Shown in pieces: positions 11,465 to 23,997 of a stretch of 64,000 nucleotides of DNA. The stretch is from positions 1-64,000 of the forward strand of contig JBDREN010000222.1 of NCBI GenBank assembly GCA_043819795.1, written 5' to 3'. Origin of the DNA: Elusimicrobiota bacterium (GTDB lineage Bacteria > Elusimicrobiota > Elusimicrobia > UBA1565). Position numbers and translations under genes: made by a program. Positions within the stretch are counted from its first letter, which is position 1. The number at the start of each line of letters is the position of its first letter. Below the pieces are notes generated by a model. It saw nothing but the letters and a program-made list of their open reading frames with translations, did not search any database and was not told the origin of the DNA.

Positions 11465-11890
11465 ATGCCCTGGATCCAGAAAGAGATGCGCCTGAGCCCC
11501 AGACCCCGGGGCTTTCATCTGGTCACCGACGAGATCGAGAGCCGCCTGCCGGAGCTCGCCGGGTTCTCCGTCGGGATCGCGCACCTGTTCATCCAGCATA
11601 CCTCCGCCTCGCTGACGATCAACGAGAACGCGGACCCCACGGTGAGGCCCGATCTGGAGGATCATTTCAGCCGGATGGTGCCGGAGGGCGCGTCCTATTT
11701 CAGGCATACGACGGAGGGCCCCGACGACATGCCGGCGCACATCAAGGCTTCCCTCATCGGCCCGGCCCTCTCGGTCCCGATCGCGAAGGGCCGGCTCAGG
11801 CTCGGCACCTGGCAGGGGATCTACCTCTGCGAGCACCGCGACCGCGGCGGCGCCCGCCGCATCGTTGCGACGCTCTACGGAGAGGGCTGA
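11465..11890 (+). CDS. yjbQ: YjbQ (UPF0047, secondary thiamine-phosphate synthase) family protein
   Basis: QHTSASLTINENADP, EGPDDMPAHIKASL, LGTWQGIYLCEHR; GGAG RBS. Confidence 0.93.
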   Translation: MPWIQKEMRLSPRPRGFHLVTDEIESRLPELAGFSVGIAHLFIQHTSASLTINENADPTVRPDLEDHFSRMVPEGASYFRHTTEGPDDMPAHIKASLIGPALSVPIAKGRLRLGTWQGIYLCEHRDRGGARRIVATLYGEG

Positions 11891-11914
11891 GTCTCAGGTA
11901 GCGGTCGGCCCGGC

Positions 11915-12397
11915 TTACCGGGAGGGCGTCTTCCGTTCGCTCATAGGCAGGCCGCCCGCGAACTTGTCCGGACTTCCCATGTAAACCAGCTCCACGGTGT
12001 CCGTTCCCACATTAGTGACGACCCCGAAGACGGGTACGGGCCCATCGTGACCGTAGGTCGTAGGCACCTGCTGGGCGTTGCGCCACACAAGGCGGACATC
12101 GGGGGCATCCGCGCACCTGTCGGCCGGCAGGATACTCCACGAGACGAGCTGGTTGACGCAGGAACCGGGCCTAAGGAGGCAATCCTCGCAGGAAACGTCG
12201 GAGGCCCGGTTCCGCAGGACCGCAACGATCTTGCTCTCGCGACTCCGCTCCACGTAGGAGTCCAGCAGCCGCGTGAAGTCGTACATGAGAACGAGGCCGG
12301 CCGCGAGCCCGGCCATGAATCCCAGGACCCAGGGGCGCAGGCTCGCCCAGGACAGGCGTGGGGACGAGTCGAGAAGGCGCCGGATGCCGGACCTCAC
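11915..12397 (-). CDS. Hypothetical membrane-anchored protein
   Basis: 160 aa ORF starting 7 bp after the clpB stop; one hydrophobic segment and CxxC; fills the gap between clpB and yjbQ; no family recognised. Confidence 0.5.
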   Translation of the reverse strand: MRSGIRRLLDSSPRLSWASLRPWVLGFMAGLAAGLVLMYDFTRLLDSYVERSRESKIVAVLRNRASDVSCEDCLLRPGSCVNQLVSWSILPADRCADAPDVRLVWRNAQQVPTTYGHDGPVPVFGVVTNVGTDTVELVYMGSPDKFAGGLPMSERKTPSR

Positions 12398-12404
12398 GAG
12401 CGCA

Positions 12405-15008
<2,604 letters not shown>

Positions 15009-15018
15009 GATTCCCTCC

Positions 15019-15339
15019 TTACTCCTCTTCTTCCTCATCCATGGAAAGCGAAATGCGCTCTATGTGGTAGGTCCGCTTCACCTCCAGGATGGTGCGAATG
15101 CCGGCCAGGTTCACCTTGCGCTCGAGCATCTGCGCGACCTCGAGGAGGAACTCGATGTCGTCGTCCGAGAAAAGCCGCTGGCGTCCTTCGGTCCTCGCCG
15201 GCTCGAATATCTCGTTGGCCTCGAGCCAGCGGATCGTATGGATCGGCAGCCGGGTCAGGCGGGCGGTTACCGAGATCGTGTAGAGCGGCATGCCGCTGTG
15301 TCCCCTGGCGGGTCCCCGGTTCTTGTCGGGTCTGTCCAT
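15019..15339 (-). CDS. hspR: MerR-family regulator, HspR-like
   Basis: [18 protein letters not shown]...[15 protein letters not shown].......L....VNLAGI; immediately upstream of clpB; start uncertain. Confidence 0.72.
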   Translation of the reverse strand: MDRPDKNRGPARGHSGMPLYTISVTARLTRLPIHTIRWLEANEIFEPARTEGRQRLFSDDDIEFLLEVAQMLERKVNLAGIRTILEVKRTYHIERISLSMDEEEEE

Positions 15340-15394
15340 GCGGAGCGGTCTCCTCTGATGCGGACGCCGATTTCGGGGGTCCAGTCGCATATAT

Positions 15395-15423
15395 AGTATA
15401 GCATATAAGCTAGGAAAAGGCAA
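15395..15423 (-). promoter_or_regulatory. Putative sigma70 promoter of the hspR-clpB operon
   Basis: Minus strand TTGCCT (15423-15418), 17 bp, TATACT (15400-15395) in an AT-rich patch. Confidence 0.55.
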
Positions 15424-15517
15424 TAGCAAAGCTAATAACAGATATGAGTTAGTGGGTGTCGGATATTCCAGCACCGGGTTGACGGACAGGGCCAAAAAGG
15501 TGGAAAATCAAGGCATT

Positions 15518-16045
15518 ATGATGAAAGCGATCCAGGGCGATATCACGCTGGAAGCGGTGGATGCCATCGTCAACGCCGCCAATGAGAGCCTTCTCGGAGG
15601 GGGCGGGGTCGATGGAGCCATCCACCGCGCCGCCGGGCCGGAGCTTCTGGAGGAATGCCGGACCTTGGGCGGCTGTCCCACAGGTCAAGCCAGAGCTACC
15701 AAGGGGTACGGCCTGCCCGCGAAGTGGGTCATCCACACGGTGGGCCCGGTCTGGGGAGGGGGGAAGAGGGGCGAGGATGAGCTGCTCGCGTCGTGCTACC
15801 GCAATTCGCTGGAGTTGGCCCTGCGTAAGGGGGCTGCGTCGGTGGCTTTTCCCGCCATCAGCACCGGCGTATACCGCTTCCCGCCGGAGCGGGCCGCGCG
15901 GATCGCCCACCGCGAAGCGGCCGCCTTCCTTAAAAAACATCCGGAGATCGAGGTGCGTTTCGTCTGCTTCGACCGGGCCACCTGCGAGATCTACCGCGAG
16001 CTGTTGAACGCTTCCCTCCCCCACGGGGAGGGAAGCGGGTGTTGA
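15518..16045 (+). CDS. ymdB: Macrodomain protein, O-acetyl-ADP-ribose deacetylase (YmdB-like)
   Basis: [47 protein letters not shown]: all canonical motifs intact. Confidence 0.92.
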   Translation: MMKAIQGDITLEAVDAIVNAANESLLGGGGVDGAIHRAAGPELLEECRTLGGCPTGQARATKGYGLPAKWVIHTVGPVWGGGKRGEDELLASCYRNSLELALRKGAASVAFPAISTGVYRFPPERAARIAHREAAAFLKKHPEIEVRFVCFDRATCEIYRELLNASLPHGEGSGC

Positions 16046-16147
16046 GGGGGCTAGCATAGGTCCTAGTCTCCGCTGGGCCCTAGGTCCCGGAGCGCGGCCG
16101 CCGCGGTGCTGTATAATGTGAGAAGATTTAAGGTCGGAGGTCCGTCC

Positions 16148-17083
16148 ATGAAGAGAACCGTCATCCTCGCCGTCTGCTTGTTCGCGTCCGCCTTGGCGGC
16201 GCGCGCCGCGTCCCTTGAAAGCGCGAAGTCCGCGGGATACGCCTCGTTCGACGCCATATATTCCAAGGGGCGCATCGTGAAGAGCCTGGGCCGGGCCGAT
16301 GACGAGCTGATGGACCTCACGCGCGACGCCGATCCCCAGATCCGGGCCGCGGCGGCGTGGGCCTTGCGGGACTACGTCTCCGGGCGTTACCGGGTCGAGG
16401 ACCGGCTGCTCGCGATGGCCCTCAACGAGAAAGAGGACGCCGAGGTGCGGGAAGCGGCGATCAAGAGCCTGTCGCGGGCGAGCAATCACCGCGCGCATGA
16501 CGCCCTCATCGATCTCGCCAAAGACCGGGACGCGGCCGCGCCGCTGCGCGTGGCGGCGCTCAAAGCCCTTTACAGCCGCACGTTTGACTACGGCCCGGCC
16601 CAGGACGCCGCTCTCGAGCTCCTCAAGGACGGCAAGCAGCCGCTTGAGGTGCGCAAGGGCGCCGCCTGGTCGCTCTTCGGCTCCGTCGGCAAGTACCGGA
16701 GCTGGAGCGCCCTCTTGGAGGTCCTTCAGGACGACGGCGAGGACGCGTCTTTGCGCGTCGAGGCGGCTAGGTCGCTTTACTACGCGGTGTTCGACCAGCA
16801 CAAGGTGCGGCAGGCCGTTTGGGGCATCGCCAAGGACGCCCGCGAGCCTTCTGATCTGCGGAAGACGACGGTCCTGGCCCTGCACTCGGCGCTGTCGGAC
16901 TACCGGATCGAGGAGTGGCTGCGGGAGCTGGCTCAGGACTCCCGCCAGCCCGAGTTGCGCCTGGCCGCGATCACGGCGCTCAAGCCCCTGATGAGCGAGG
17001 AGATGCTCAGCTACTTCCACCTCGCCCGCTATCCGGGAAGGTCCGACGACAGCAGGAGATACCGGGACCCCCTGCAGGACTGA
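16148..17083 (+). CDS. Exported HEAT/PBS-like alpha-helical repeat protein
   Basis: Signal peptide MKRTVILAVCLFASALAARA; ~35-aa repeats ending (I/V/L)R.AA..AL; GGAGG RBS. Confidence 0.75.
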   Translation: MKRTVILAVCLFASALAARAASLESAKSAGYASFDAIYSKGRIVKSLGRADDELMDLTRDADPQIRAAAAWALRDYVSGRYRVEDRLLAMALNEKEDAEVREAAIKSLSRASNHRAHDALIDLAKDRDAAAPLRVAALKALYSRTFDYGPAQDAALELLKDGKQPLEVRKGAAWSLFGSVGKYRSWSALLEVLQDDGEDASLRVEAARSLYYAVFDQHKVRQAVWGIAKDAREPSDLRKTTVLALHSALSDYRIEEWLRELAQDSRQPELRLAAITALKPLMSEEMLSYFHLARYPGRSDDSRRYRDPLQD

Positions 17084-17305
17084 ACTAAGCGGATCTTCCG
17101 GGAAATCCCATGGGGATCTTCCGGAAGATGTAAGCGTCGTTTCAGGTGAGATTCTTGAAGCGGCGGTGGACCCAGAGCCACTGGGCCGGGTGCGCCCGCA
17201 CCCATCGCTCCACCTTGCCGGCCAGGGCCTGCGTGGATTTCTCCTGAGCGGCGGCCGCCGCACACAGGGGCGCGGACTGCCATAACGGCATGGGCCTGCG
17301 GGCCA

Positions 17306-18310
17306 CTATCCGATGGACTTCTGGAGCCTGGCGACCTCTTCGCGGTCGCCGAGCACGACGAGGTATTCCCCGGCCTGAAGAGGCCGCTCCTTCGGAGGGT
17401 TGACCACGTAGCGGCCGGTGCCGGACTCCTTGACGCCCAGCACGAGGGGGGGGCGGCCCCCCCGGATCTCGATCGATCCGAAGGGCCGGCCGACCGCGGA
17501 CGAGTCCTCGCTGATATGGACCTCTTCGAAGCGGTAGGCCGAGTCCTTGTCTCGGATCATGGAGTCCAGGAAGCCGACGGCCGCCGGACGCACCATCTCC
17601 GAGGCGAGCCGCAGCCCGCCGATGTGCGTGGAGCTCACCACGGCGTCGGCCCCGCTGCGCAGCAGCTTGTCGCGGACGCGCTCGTCATTCACCTCGCTGA
17701 CGATGCGAAGCAGCGGGTTGAGGCCGCGCGCGGTCAGGGCGACGAAGACGTTGTCCCGGTCGTTGTCGACCACGCAGAAAAGGCCCCGGGCCTTCTTGAT
17801 CCCGGCGCGTTCCAAGACCTCGTCGTGCATGGCGTCGCCCCGGATCACCAGGTGGCCCTCCTGCTGCAGATGGGCGGCCTTCTCGTCGTTGAGCTCGATA
17901 GCGACGAAGGGGCGCCCGATCTTGACGAGCTCCCGGATGATGGTCATTCCGGTGTAGCCTGCGCCGCAGACGATATAGTGGCCGTCGAGCGTGCGGATGC
18001 GGGATTCCATCTTCCTCCTCCTCAAAACGTCCGTCAGTTGCCCCTCGACGATGAAGGCCGTCAGCGTCGAGAAGCTGTAGGCCATGACCCCCAGGCCGCA
18101 GAGGCTCAGGACGATCGTGAAGACTCTTCCCGCCGTCGAGAGCGGATGGACCTCCCCGAATCCGATCGTCGCCAGCGTGATGATCGTCATGTAGAGGGAG
18201 TCGAAGGGCGGCCAGCCTTCGATGAGGGTATAGCCCATCGTCCCGGCGAAGAGGACGGCGAGCAGCGCGACGAGGACGCCTCTGAGCCTTTCCGTCATCT
18301 CGGAGTCCAT
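17306..18310 (-). CDS. Potassium channel protein with TrkA-N/TrkA-C (RCK) domains
   Basis: Two TM helices with pore signature TLATIGFGE; Rossmann motif IVCGAGYTG; C-terminal TrkA-C. Confidence 0.92.
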   Translation of the reverse strand: MDSEMTERLRGVLVALLAVLFAGTMGYTLIEGWPPFDSLYMTIITLATIGFGEVHPLSTAGRVFTIVLSLCGLGVMAYSFSTLTAFIVEGQLTDVLRRRKMESRIRTLDGHYIVCGAGYTGMTIIRELVKIGRPFVAIELNDEKAAHLQQEGHLVIRGDAMHDEVLERAGIKKARGLFCVVDNDRDNVFVALTARGLNPLLRIVSEVNDERVRDKLLRSGADAVVSSTHIGGLRLASEMVRPAAVGFLDSMIRDKDSAYRFEEVHISEDSSAVGRPFGSIEIRGGRPPLVLGVKESGTGRYVVNPPKERPLQAGEYLVVLGDREEVARLQKSIG

Positions 18311-18343
18311 CGGGAGTGATTATAGCCTTTTGCGCGGAATAAA

Positions 18344-18431
18344 GGCGTCAGGCATTGAGTTCTTTGAGTAACTCCAATCATGGTGCCAGGCACCGGGGCG
18401 TGGTTACTCAAAGAACTCAATGAGTGACGCC
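18344..18431. repeat. Nested inverted repeat (REP/MITE-like)
   Basis: Perfect 20-bp arms 18353-18372/18403-18422, outer 7-bp arms GGCGTCA/TGACGCC, inner palindrome GGTGCC-A-GGCACC. Confidence 0.8.
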
Positions 18432-18553
18432 CTGGGTTTGCGCCCCGCCTTCTGCTAAACTAGTGCCAGCGCCGGTTGCGCGAAGCGCCAACCGGTCGCT
18501 TGCACCGCTGAGTTATCAGGAATTGCCCGCCCGCCTTCGGCGGGCGGAGGGGC

Positions 18554-20263
18554 ATGTCAAACGCCGAGATCGCCGACGTCCTGGATACGATCGCCCGGAT
18601 CCTCGAAATCCAGGACGAGAACGTCTTCAAGGTCCGGGCCTACTACAACGCCGCCCGCCTGATCCGCGGCCTGCCCGAGCCGGTCGCGGAGCTCGCGCGG
18701 AAGGACGCCCTCAAGGACCTGCCGGGCGTGGGAGAGGCGCTCCGTCAGAAGCTCACGGAGCTGAGCGCGACAGGAAGGCTCGAGTACTTCGAGAAGCTCC
18801 GGCGGTCCGTGCCGGCGGGCCTGCTCGATATGCTGCGCATCCCGGGCCTGGGGCCCAAGGGCGTGAAGTCCCTGTGGCGGGACCTGGGCGTCACGACGAT
18901 CAAGGGGCTCGAGCGCGCCTGCCGCGCCGGGAAGGTGGGCGGGCTCAAGGGCTTCGGCAAGCGCAGCGAGGAGAAGATCCTCGAGGGGATCGCCTTCATC
19001 GCTCGCCACGCGGGCCAGTGCCGCCTGGGCGACGCCCTGCCGACGGCCAAGGGACTGGCGCGCTACCTCGAGGAGAGCGGCCTGGCGGGGCGGGTGAGCC
19101 TGGCGGGGAGCATCCGGCGCGGCAAGGCGGTGATCAAGGATATCGACATCCTTGCTTCGGCGAGGCGCCCGGAGAAGCTCATGGAGGTATTCCTGAAGGC
19201 TCCGGGCGTGGCCGGCACGGTCGTCGCCGGGAAGACGAAGACGAGCCTGCGCCTCGAGTCGGGCATCCAAGTGGACCTGCGCGTCGTGTCGGACGACGAG
19301 TTCCCCTACGCGCTCCTGTACTTCACCGGGAGCAAACAGCACAACGTGCTCGTCCGCCAGAGGGCGCAGAGGCGCGGGCTCAAGGTCAACGAGTACGGAA
19401 TATTCAAGGGGGCGCGCCTGCTTCGCGCGAAGACCGAGGAGGAGTGCTACCGGCATCTCGGGCTCGCCTATATCGAGCCCGAGATTCGAGAGGCCGCCGG
19501 CGAGCTTGAGGCGGCTGAGAAAGGGGATCTCCCCAAGCTGGTGGAGCTCGCGGACATTCAGGGGGTGTTCCACGTCCACTCGGATTGGAGCGACGGCGGC
19601 TTCAAGATCGAGCGGATGGCCGATAAGGCCCGGTCCATGGGGCTCAAGTACCTGGGGATCGCGGACCACAGCAAGGCCGCGGCCTACGCCAACGGCCTCG
19701 ACGAGAGGCGTCTTCGCCGGCAGATGGCCGAGATCCGGGGGCTGGGGAAGAAGTGGAATGGCTTCCGGCTGCTGTGCGGCCTCGAGTGCGACATCCTGGC
19801 GGACGGGAAGCTGGACCTCTCGCCCAAGGTCCTCTCCGAGCTTGATTTCGTGATCGGCGCGGTCCACTCGCGCTTCAAGATGCCGGAGGCTGAGATGACC
19901 GGCCGCATCTGCCGGGCGCTCGCCGACGAGAACCTGGACATCCTCGCCCACCCGACCGGTCGCCTCCTGCTGGAGCGGGACGCCTACGCGGTCGACCTCG
20001 AGAAGGTCATCGAGAGCGCCGGCCGGCACAAGAAGGCCATCGAGATCAACGCCAGCCCGTTCCGCCTCGACCTCGACGCGGCGTCGGCGCGGCGCGCGGC
20101 GCAGCGGGGGGTCCCGGTCTCGATCGAGCCCGACGCGCACAGCCCCGATGGCATCGAGGACATCGAGTTCGGCGTGGCCACGGCGCGGCGCGCCTGGCTC
20201 ACCAAGGACCAGGTACTCAACGCGCGTCCGTGCGACAAGGCGCTGAAGATGGGGAAGGCTTGA
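18554..20263 (+). CDS. polX: DNA polymerase X family with C-terminal PHP domain
   Basis: ENVFKVRAY, HhH motifs (LPGVG, IPGLGPK), AGSIRR...KDIDIL, QVDLR, YFTGSKQHN, PHP motifs HVHSDWSDG, DHS, HPTGR, DAH. Confidence 0.95.
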   Translation: MSNAEIADVLDTIARILEIQDENVFKVRAYYNAARLIRGLPEPVAELARKDALKDLPGVGEALRQKLTELSATGRLEYFEKLRRSVPAGLLDMLRIPGLGPKGVKSLWRDLGVTTIKGLERACRAGKVGGLKGFGKRSEEKILEGIAFIARHAGQCRLGDALPTAKGLARYLEESGLAGRVSLAGSIRRGKAVIKDIDILASARRPEKLMEVFLKAPGVAGTVVAGKTKTSLRLESGIQVDLRVVSDDEFPYALLYFTGSKQHNVLVRQRAQRRGLKVNEYGIFKGARLLRAKTEEECYRHLGLAYIEPEIREAAGELEAAEKGDLPKLVELADIQGVFHVHSDWSDGGFKIERMADKARSMGLKYLGIADHSKAAAYANGLDERRLRRQMAEIRGLGKKWNGFRLLCGLECDILADGKLDLSPKVLSELDFVIGAVHSRFKMPEAEMTGRICRALADENLDILAHPTGRLLLERDAYAVDLEKVIESAGRHKKAIEINASPFRLDLDAASARRAAQRGVPVSIEPDAHSPDGIEDIEFGVATARRAWLTKDQVLNARPCDKALKMGKA

Positions 20264-20301
20264 CGGACTCTCGGATCTCCGGCGGGCTCCGCCGCGGCCT
20301 G

Positions 20302-21372
20302 CTATAGACCCCGCTTCTTCGAGACCGGACAGGCGGCCACGCCTTTTTTTCTGTAGTAGTCCTGGTGGTACTCCTCGGCGGGATAGAAATCCCCGGCCGG
20401 CGCGATCTGCGTCACGATGCCCCTGCCGTGCCTGCCTGAGCGCTCCAGCTCCTCCTTCGAGGCCGAGGCGGTCCGCTTTTGCTTCGGCGTATGATAGAAG
20501 ACCGCGGAGCGGTATTGGCTGCCGACATCCGGGCCCTGCCTGTCGAGGGAGGTGGGGTCGTGGATATCCCAGAAGAGCTCCAACAGCTTCTCGTATGAGG
20601 TGCGCTTCGGATCGAAGGCGACCCGGACCGCCTCCGCGTGCCCGGTCCGGTGGCCGCAGACCTGCTCGTAGGTGGGGTCCTTGAGCCGCCCGCCCGTGTA
20701 CCCGACGGTGGTGTCCAGGACGCCTTCGGCCTTGGCGAAAGCGGCCTCCACCCCCCAGAAGCAGCCCGCCGCGAAGGTGGCGGTCTCCCTCGTCTCCCCG
20801 GGACCGCCGTCCGGGACCAGGGCGGCCGCGTCCGCGAAGAGCCGTGCGTACCTTTCGAACCCTTCCCGCTCGAGCTCGTGCGCCGGGACGAAGCGCAAAG
20901 CCGCCGAGTTGACGCAGTAGCGCAGGCCCGTGGGCGGGGGACCGTCCTCGAACACGTGTCCCAGGTGGGAGTCGGCTTTCTTCGACCGGACTTCGGTCCG
21001 GGTCATGAACAGGCTTCTGTCGGTCTTCCGGACGATGCCGTCCTTCTCCAGGGGGGCGGTGAAGCTGGGCCAGCCGGTGCCGGAGTCGAACTTGTCCTTG
21101 GAGCTGAAAAGAGGCTCTCCCGAGACGATATCGACGTAGATCCCCGGCTCCTTGTTGTCCCAATAGGCGTTCTCGAACGGGGGTTCGGTCCCGTTCTGCC
21201 GGGTGACGCGGTGCTGCTCAGGCGTGAGCTTCTTTCCGAGCTCCGACATGGCTCCCCCTTGCCCGCTCTGGCCGGCGAAGAGGCGGGGACCCAGCCAAAA
21301 CAACGCGCCGAGCCCTATCCCCGCGGCCATTAGCCAAGCGGCTCCCTCCACCAAGAAGGAAGGTTTTCTCAT
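20302..21372 (-). CDS. msrAB: Bifunctional methionine sulfoxide reductase MsrB-MsrA with N-terminal membrane anchor/signal
   Basis: Msr[39 protein letters not shown]; Msr[35 protein letters not shown]. Confidence 0.95.
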   Translation of the reverse strand: MRKPSFLVEGAAWLMAAGIGLGALFWLGPRLFAGQSGQGGAMSELGKKLTPEQHRVTRQNGTEPPFENAYWDNKEPGIYVDIVSGEPLFSSKDKFDSGTGWPSFTAPLEKDGIVRKTDRSLFMTRTEVRSKKADSHLGHVFEDGPPPTGLRYCVNSAALRFVPAHELEREGFERYARLFADAAALVPDGGPGETRETATFAAGCFWGVEAAFAKAEGVLDTTVGYTGGRLKDPTYEQVCGHRTGHAEAVRVAFDPKRTSYEKLLELFWDIHDPTSLDRQGPDVGSQYRSAVFYHTPKQKRTASASKEELERSGRHGRGIVTQIAPAGDFYPAEEYHQDYYRKKGVAACPVSKKRGL

Positions 21373-21410
21373 CCATGGGTGAGTGCCGTTGCCCTCGGAA
21401 ACGTTACAGG

Positions 21411-22874
21411 CTAAAAAGGGAACTCGGAGACCGCGGGCTCCGGGATCCGCTGCTCGCCCTTCTTGCGCTGCTTTGGATTGAAGGCGAAGGTGTGGATCTC
21501 CACCGGCTTGACCACGATCGCCCGGACGGGCTTGACGGGGCAGGCGTGCTGGCAGGCGCCGCAGCCGATGCAGTAGTCGTCGTTCAAAACGGGCGCCCGG
21601 ACGGACTTATGCGGCTTCATCGTGATAGCCCCGGTCGGGCACACCTCGTGGCAGGCGGCGCAGTCCTTCCCCTCGGCGTACGGAATGCAGAGGTCCTCGT
21701 CGAGCCCGGAGGAGCCGATCTTGATGGTCTTCTTGACCTCGAGGGGGAAGTACGAGATGGCGCCGCTCGGGCAGACGGCCAGGCAGGCGTTGCATTCGTA
21801 GGAGCAAAACGACCTTCCGTAGTCCATTCGCGCCTTGGCGAGGCCCAAAAGCGAGTTCTCGAGGTCCGACGGCGCCAACACGTTGGTCGGGCAGACGGAG
21901 ACGCAAGTATGGCACGCCGTGCACTTCTCCAGGAACTGGTCGCCGCATTTGGCGCCGGGCGGCACGATGGTCGCCAGGGCCTTGAAGCCGGCGCCGAGGG
22001 CTTTCGTCTTGAGGATCGCGGCGGAGAACGCGCCCAGGACGGCGTAGGCCGCCGCTTTCAGGAACCTCCGCCTGCCTCGGGGATCGCCCTCGGCCCCGGC
22101 GGGCTTCGTCCCCGCGTTCGAAAAGGGGTTGCGGAAAGAGAAGCCGATCGCGTCCTGGGGGCAGGCGGAGAGGCACTCGAGGCAGTGGACGCACAGGTCG
22201 TAGTCGACCTCGCCCCCGCCGATGCATAAGGCCGGGCAGGCCGGGGTGCAGGAGCCGCAGTCGGTGCACTCGTCCGAGATCCTGACCTTGAAGAGGGAGC
22301 GGCGCTGCAGGAGCATGAACAGCGTGCCCGAAGGGCAGAGGGCGCCGCAGAACCACCTCGGGAAGGACGGAGGGACGATCAGTACGAGGGTCAGGAAGAG
22401 CGCGCCGAGAACGAAATTCAAGGTGAAGGGGCCGAAGCGGGCCAGCGTCTCGAAGACGCCGTAGGCGCGGCCCAGGTTGCTGAAATGGTCGAAGTAGTGG
22501 TAGGTCGAGGATTGCAGGACGATGAAGGCGAGGGATAGGCCGAGAATGAAGAGCCTGAGCCGGTTGAAGCCGGCGGCGGGCCGCCCTTCCCGGCCGTACC
22601 GCTTGGCGAGGCGCGCGGCCGCCTCCTGAAGAAAGCCCGCGGGGCACAGGTAGGAGCAGTAGAGCCTCCCGAAGAGCAGGGGCAGGACCAAGAAGAGAAG
22701 GGTGATCGCGGCGAAGGGAGGGAGCGCGAGCCAGGCGATGGAGGACAGAGCCGGGAGGACGTGGATCGAGTTGTAGAGGGAAACGAAAGTCCGGCCGCTG
22801 ACCAGCCCGAAGAAGACGGACAGGCTGAAGAGCAGGAACAGCGACTGGGCGGCGAGCCTGATCTTGGGGATCAA
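21411..22874 (-). CDS. Membrane polyferredoxin, NapH/MauN-like domain fused to NapG/MauM-like domain
   Basis: TM helices with [12 protein letters not shown] and [10 protein letters not shown], several CxxCxxCxxxCP motifs, internal RRRFL segment; TTG start overlaps the DUF362 stop. Confidence 0.85.
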   Translation of the reverse strand: MIPKIRLAAQSLFLLFSLSVFFGLVSGRTFVSLYNSIHVLPALSSIAWLALPPFAAITLLFLVLPLLFGRLYCSYLCPAGFLQEAAARLAKRYGREGRPAAGFNRLRLFILGLSLAFIVLQSSTYHYFDHFSNLGRAYGVFETLARFGPFTLNFVLGALFLTLVLIVPPSFPRWFCGALCPSGTLFMLLQRRSLFKVRISDECTDCGSCTPACPALCIGGGEVDYDLCVHCLECLSACPQDAIGFSFRNPFSNAGTKPAGAEGDPRGRRRFLKAAAYAVLGAFSAAILKTKALGAGFKALATIVPPGAKCGDQFLEKCTACHTCVSVCPTNVLAPSDLENSLLGLAKARMDYGRSFCSYECNACLAVCPSGAISYFPLEVKKTIKIGSSGLDEDLCIPYAEGKDCAACHEVCPTGAITMKPHKSVRAPVLNDDYCIGCGACQHACPVKPVRAIVVKPVEIHTFAFNPKQRKKGEQRIPEPAVSEFPF

Positions 22875-23815
22875 GGGGCGGACGGGCTCTTCAAGGAGAT
22901 GCGCTTGATCGAGCTTTTCTCCAGGTCCATGGTCCCGATCCCGAGCCCGGCGGCGGTCTTGAGATACGGGATCTCCCCGGGATCGAGCCCCAGTATCTTC
23001 GCGGCCGCCGTGTCGACGAGGACCATGTCCGTGGAGAGCAGCTGCATCTTCTTGAGCAGCAGGTCCTCGGTCGAGACGCCCCGGGGACCGTTCTTCATCA
23101 TCACGATGTAGGCGTCGATGACGTTGAGGTCCGGCCGCCTGACCAGGGGGAACTCGCCGATGGCCTGGTGCAGGCCCTTGCGGTGCCAGTAGCGCCTGTC
23201 CCAGACCACGCCCATGAGGTTTTTTAGGGCCGAGGTCATAAGGCCCCCGCCGTGGCTTTTCAGGACGGGCACGTTGATCACCACGTCGCAGTCCAGATAG
23301 AGCTCGTGGACGAGGACCTCCTTGAGGACCTTCGTCTTCTCGAGGGTCACCTTGCGGTAGTAGGCCTCTTTCTTGGCGGAGCGCATCTCGCCGCCGTTGT
23401 CCTTGACGGCCTTGGCAATCCCTGAGCGTTCGTAGCACTCTTCCTCTAGGTTGACCGGATGGTCGAAGGCGTAGACCTTCTTGGCCCCCGCCTCGTACGC
23501 CAGCGCGACAATCCTCCCAATCAGGTCGGGATTGGTGTTGGCCGCCTCGTTGGGAGTCTTGTTCCACCCGATATTGGGCTTGACGAGGACCGTCTGCCCC
23601 TTCTTGACGAAGCGTCCCATCCCCCCCAAGGCCTTGATGCCCGCCTCGAACATCTGCGCGGGGGAGCCGTCCTTGACCGCGACGAGATCGGGGAATTCCC
23701 GGGGCGGCTTCGGGCTCGTCTTCGCCCAGAGAAGCCTCCCGGGGAGCTTCGGGAAGAGCCCCACGGCGGCTCCGGAAAGAAGGACCTGAAGGAATCTCCG
23801 GCGGCTTGTCTTCAT
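22871..23815 (-). CDS. DUF362 family protein with Tat signal peptide
   Basis: MKTSRRRFL Tat motif; LGGMGRFVKKGQTVLVKPNIGW, ANTNP, INVPVLKSHG, ALKNLMG. Confidence 0.88.
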   Translation of the reverse strand: MKTSRRRFLQVLLSGAAVGLFPKLPGRLLWAKTSPKPPREFPDLVAVKDGSPAQMFEAGIKALGGMGRFVKKGQTVLVKPNIGWNKTPNEAANTNPDLIGRIVALAYEAGAKKVYAFDHPVNLEEECYERSGIAKAVKDNGGEMRSAKKEAYYRKVTLEKTKVLKEVLVHELYLDCDVVINVPVLKSHGGGLMTSALKNLMGVVWDRRYWHRKGLHQAIGEFPLVRRPDLNVIDAYIVMMKNGPRGVSTEDLLLKKMQLLSTDMVLVDTAAAKILGLDPGEIPYLKTAAGLGIGTMDLEKSSIKRISLKSPSAP

Positions 23816-23956
23816 AATGGATCGGCTCCCGTTCGATGGATGTCCCGGGCCGGGCGGGAGACATGTTAATTTGTTTTGGCGGCTCGTTACAAGCGAATGT
23901 CCGCTCACGCGAAGTTCTCGGCGGGTGTATTCTGTATACAGCCTTTTGACGATCTT

Positions 23957-23997
23957 GGATTATTGAAGAAATCCCTTCGGGATTTCTTCAATAATCC
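23957..23997. repeat. Perfect 19-bp inverted repeat with 3-nt loop
   Basis: GGATTATTGAAGAAATCCC-TTC-GGGATTTCTTCAATAATCC between divergent genes. Confidence 0.85.

Noticed and set aside
18353..18422. TTGAGT/ACTCAA half-sites resembling an HspR HAIR operator
   Set aside because: Spacing does not fit CTTGAGT-N7-ACTCAAG and the site is 3 kb from hspR-clpB; kept only as a palindromic element
21411..23864. 817-aa ORF suggesting a large fusion; likewise N-terminal extensions of 7482-9173, 54874-57039 and 58507-59061
   Set aside because: The extensions overlap neighbouring real genes in another frame; plausible starts are at 22874, 8534, 55468 and 58779
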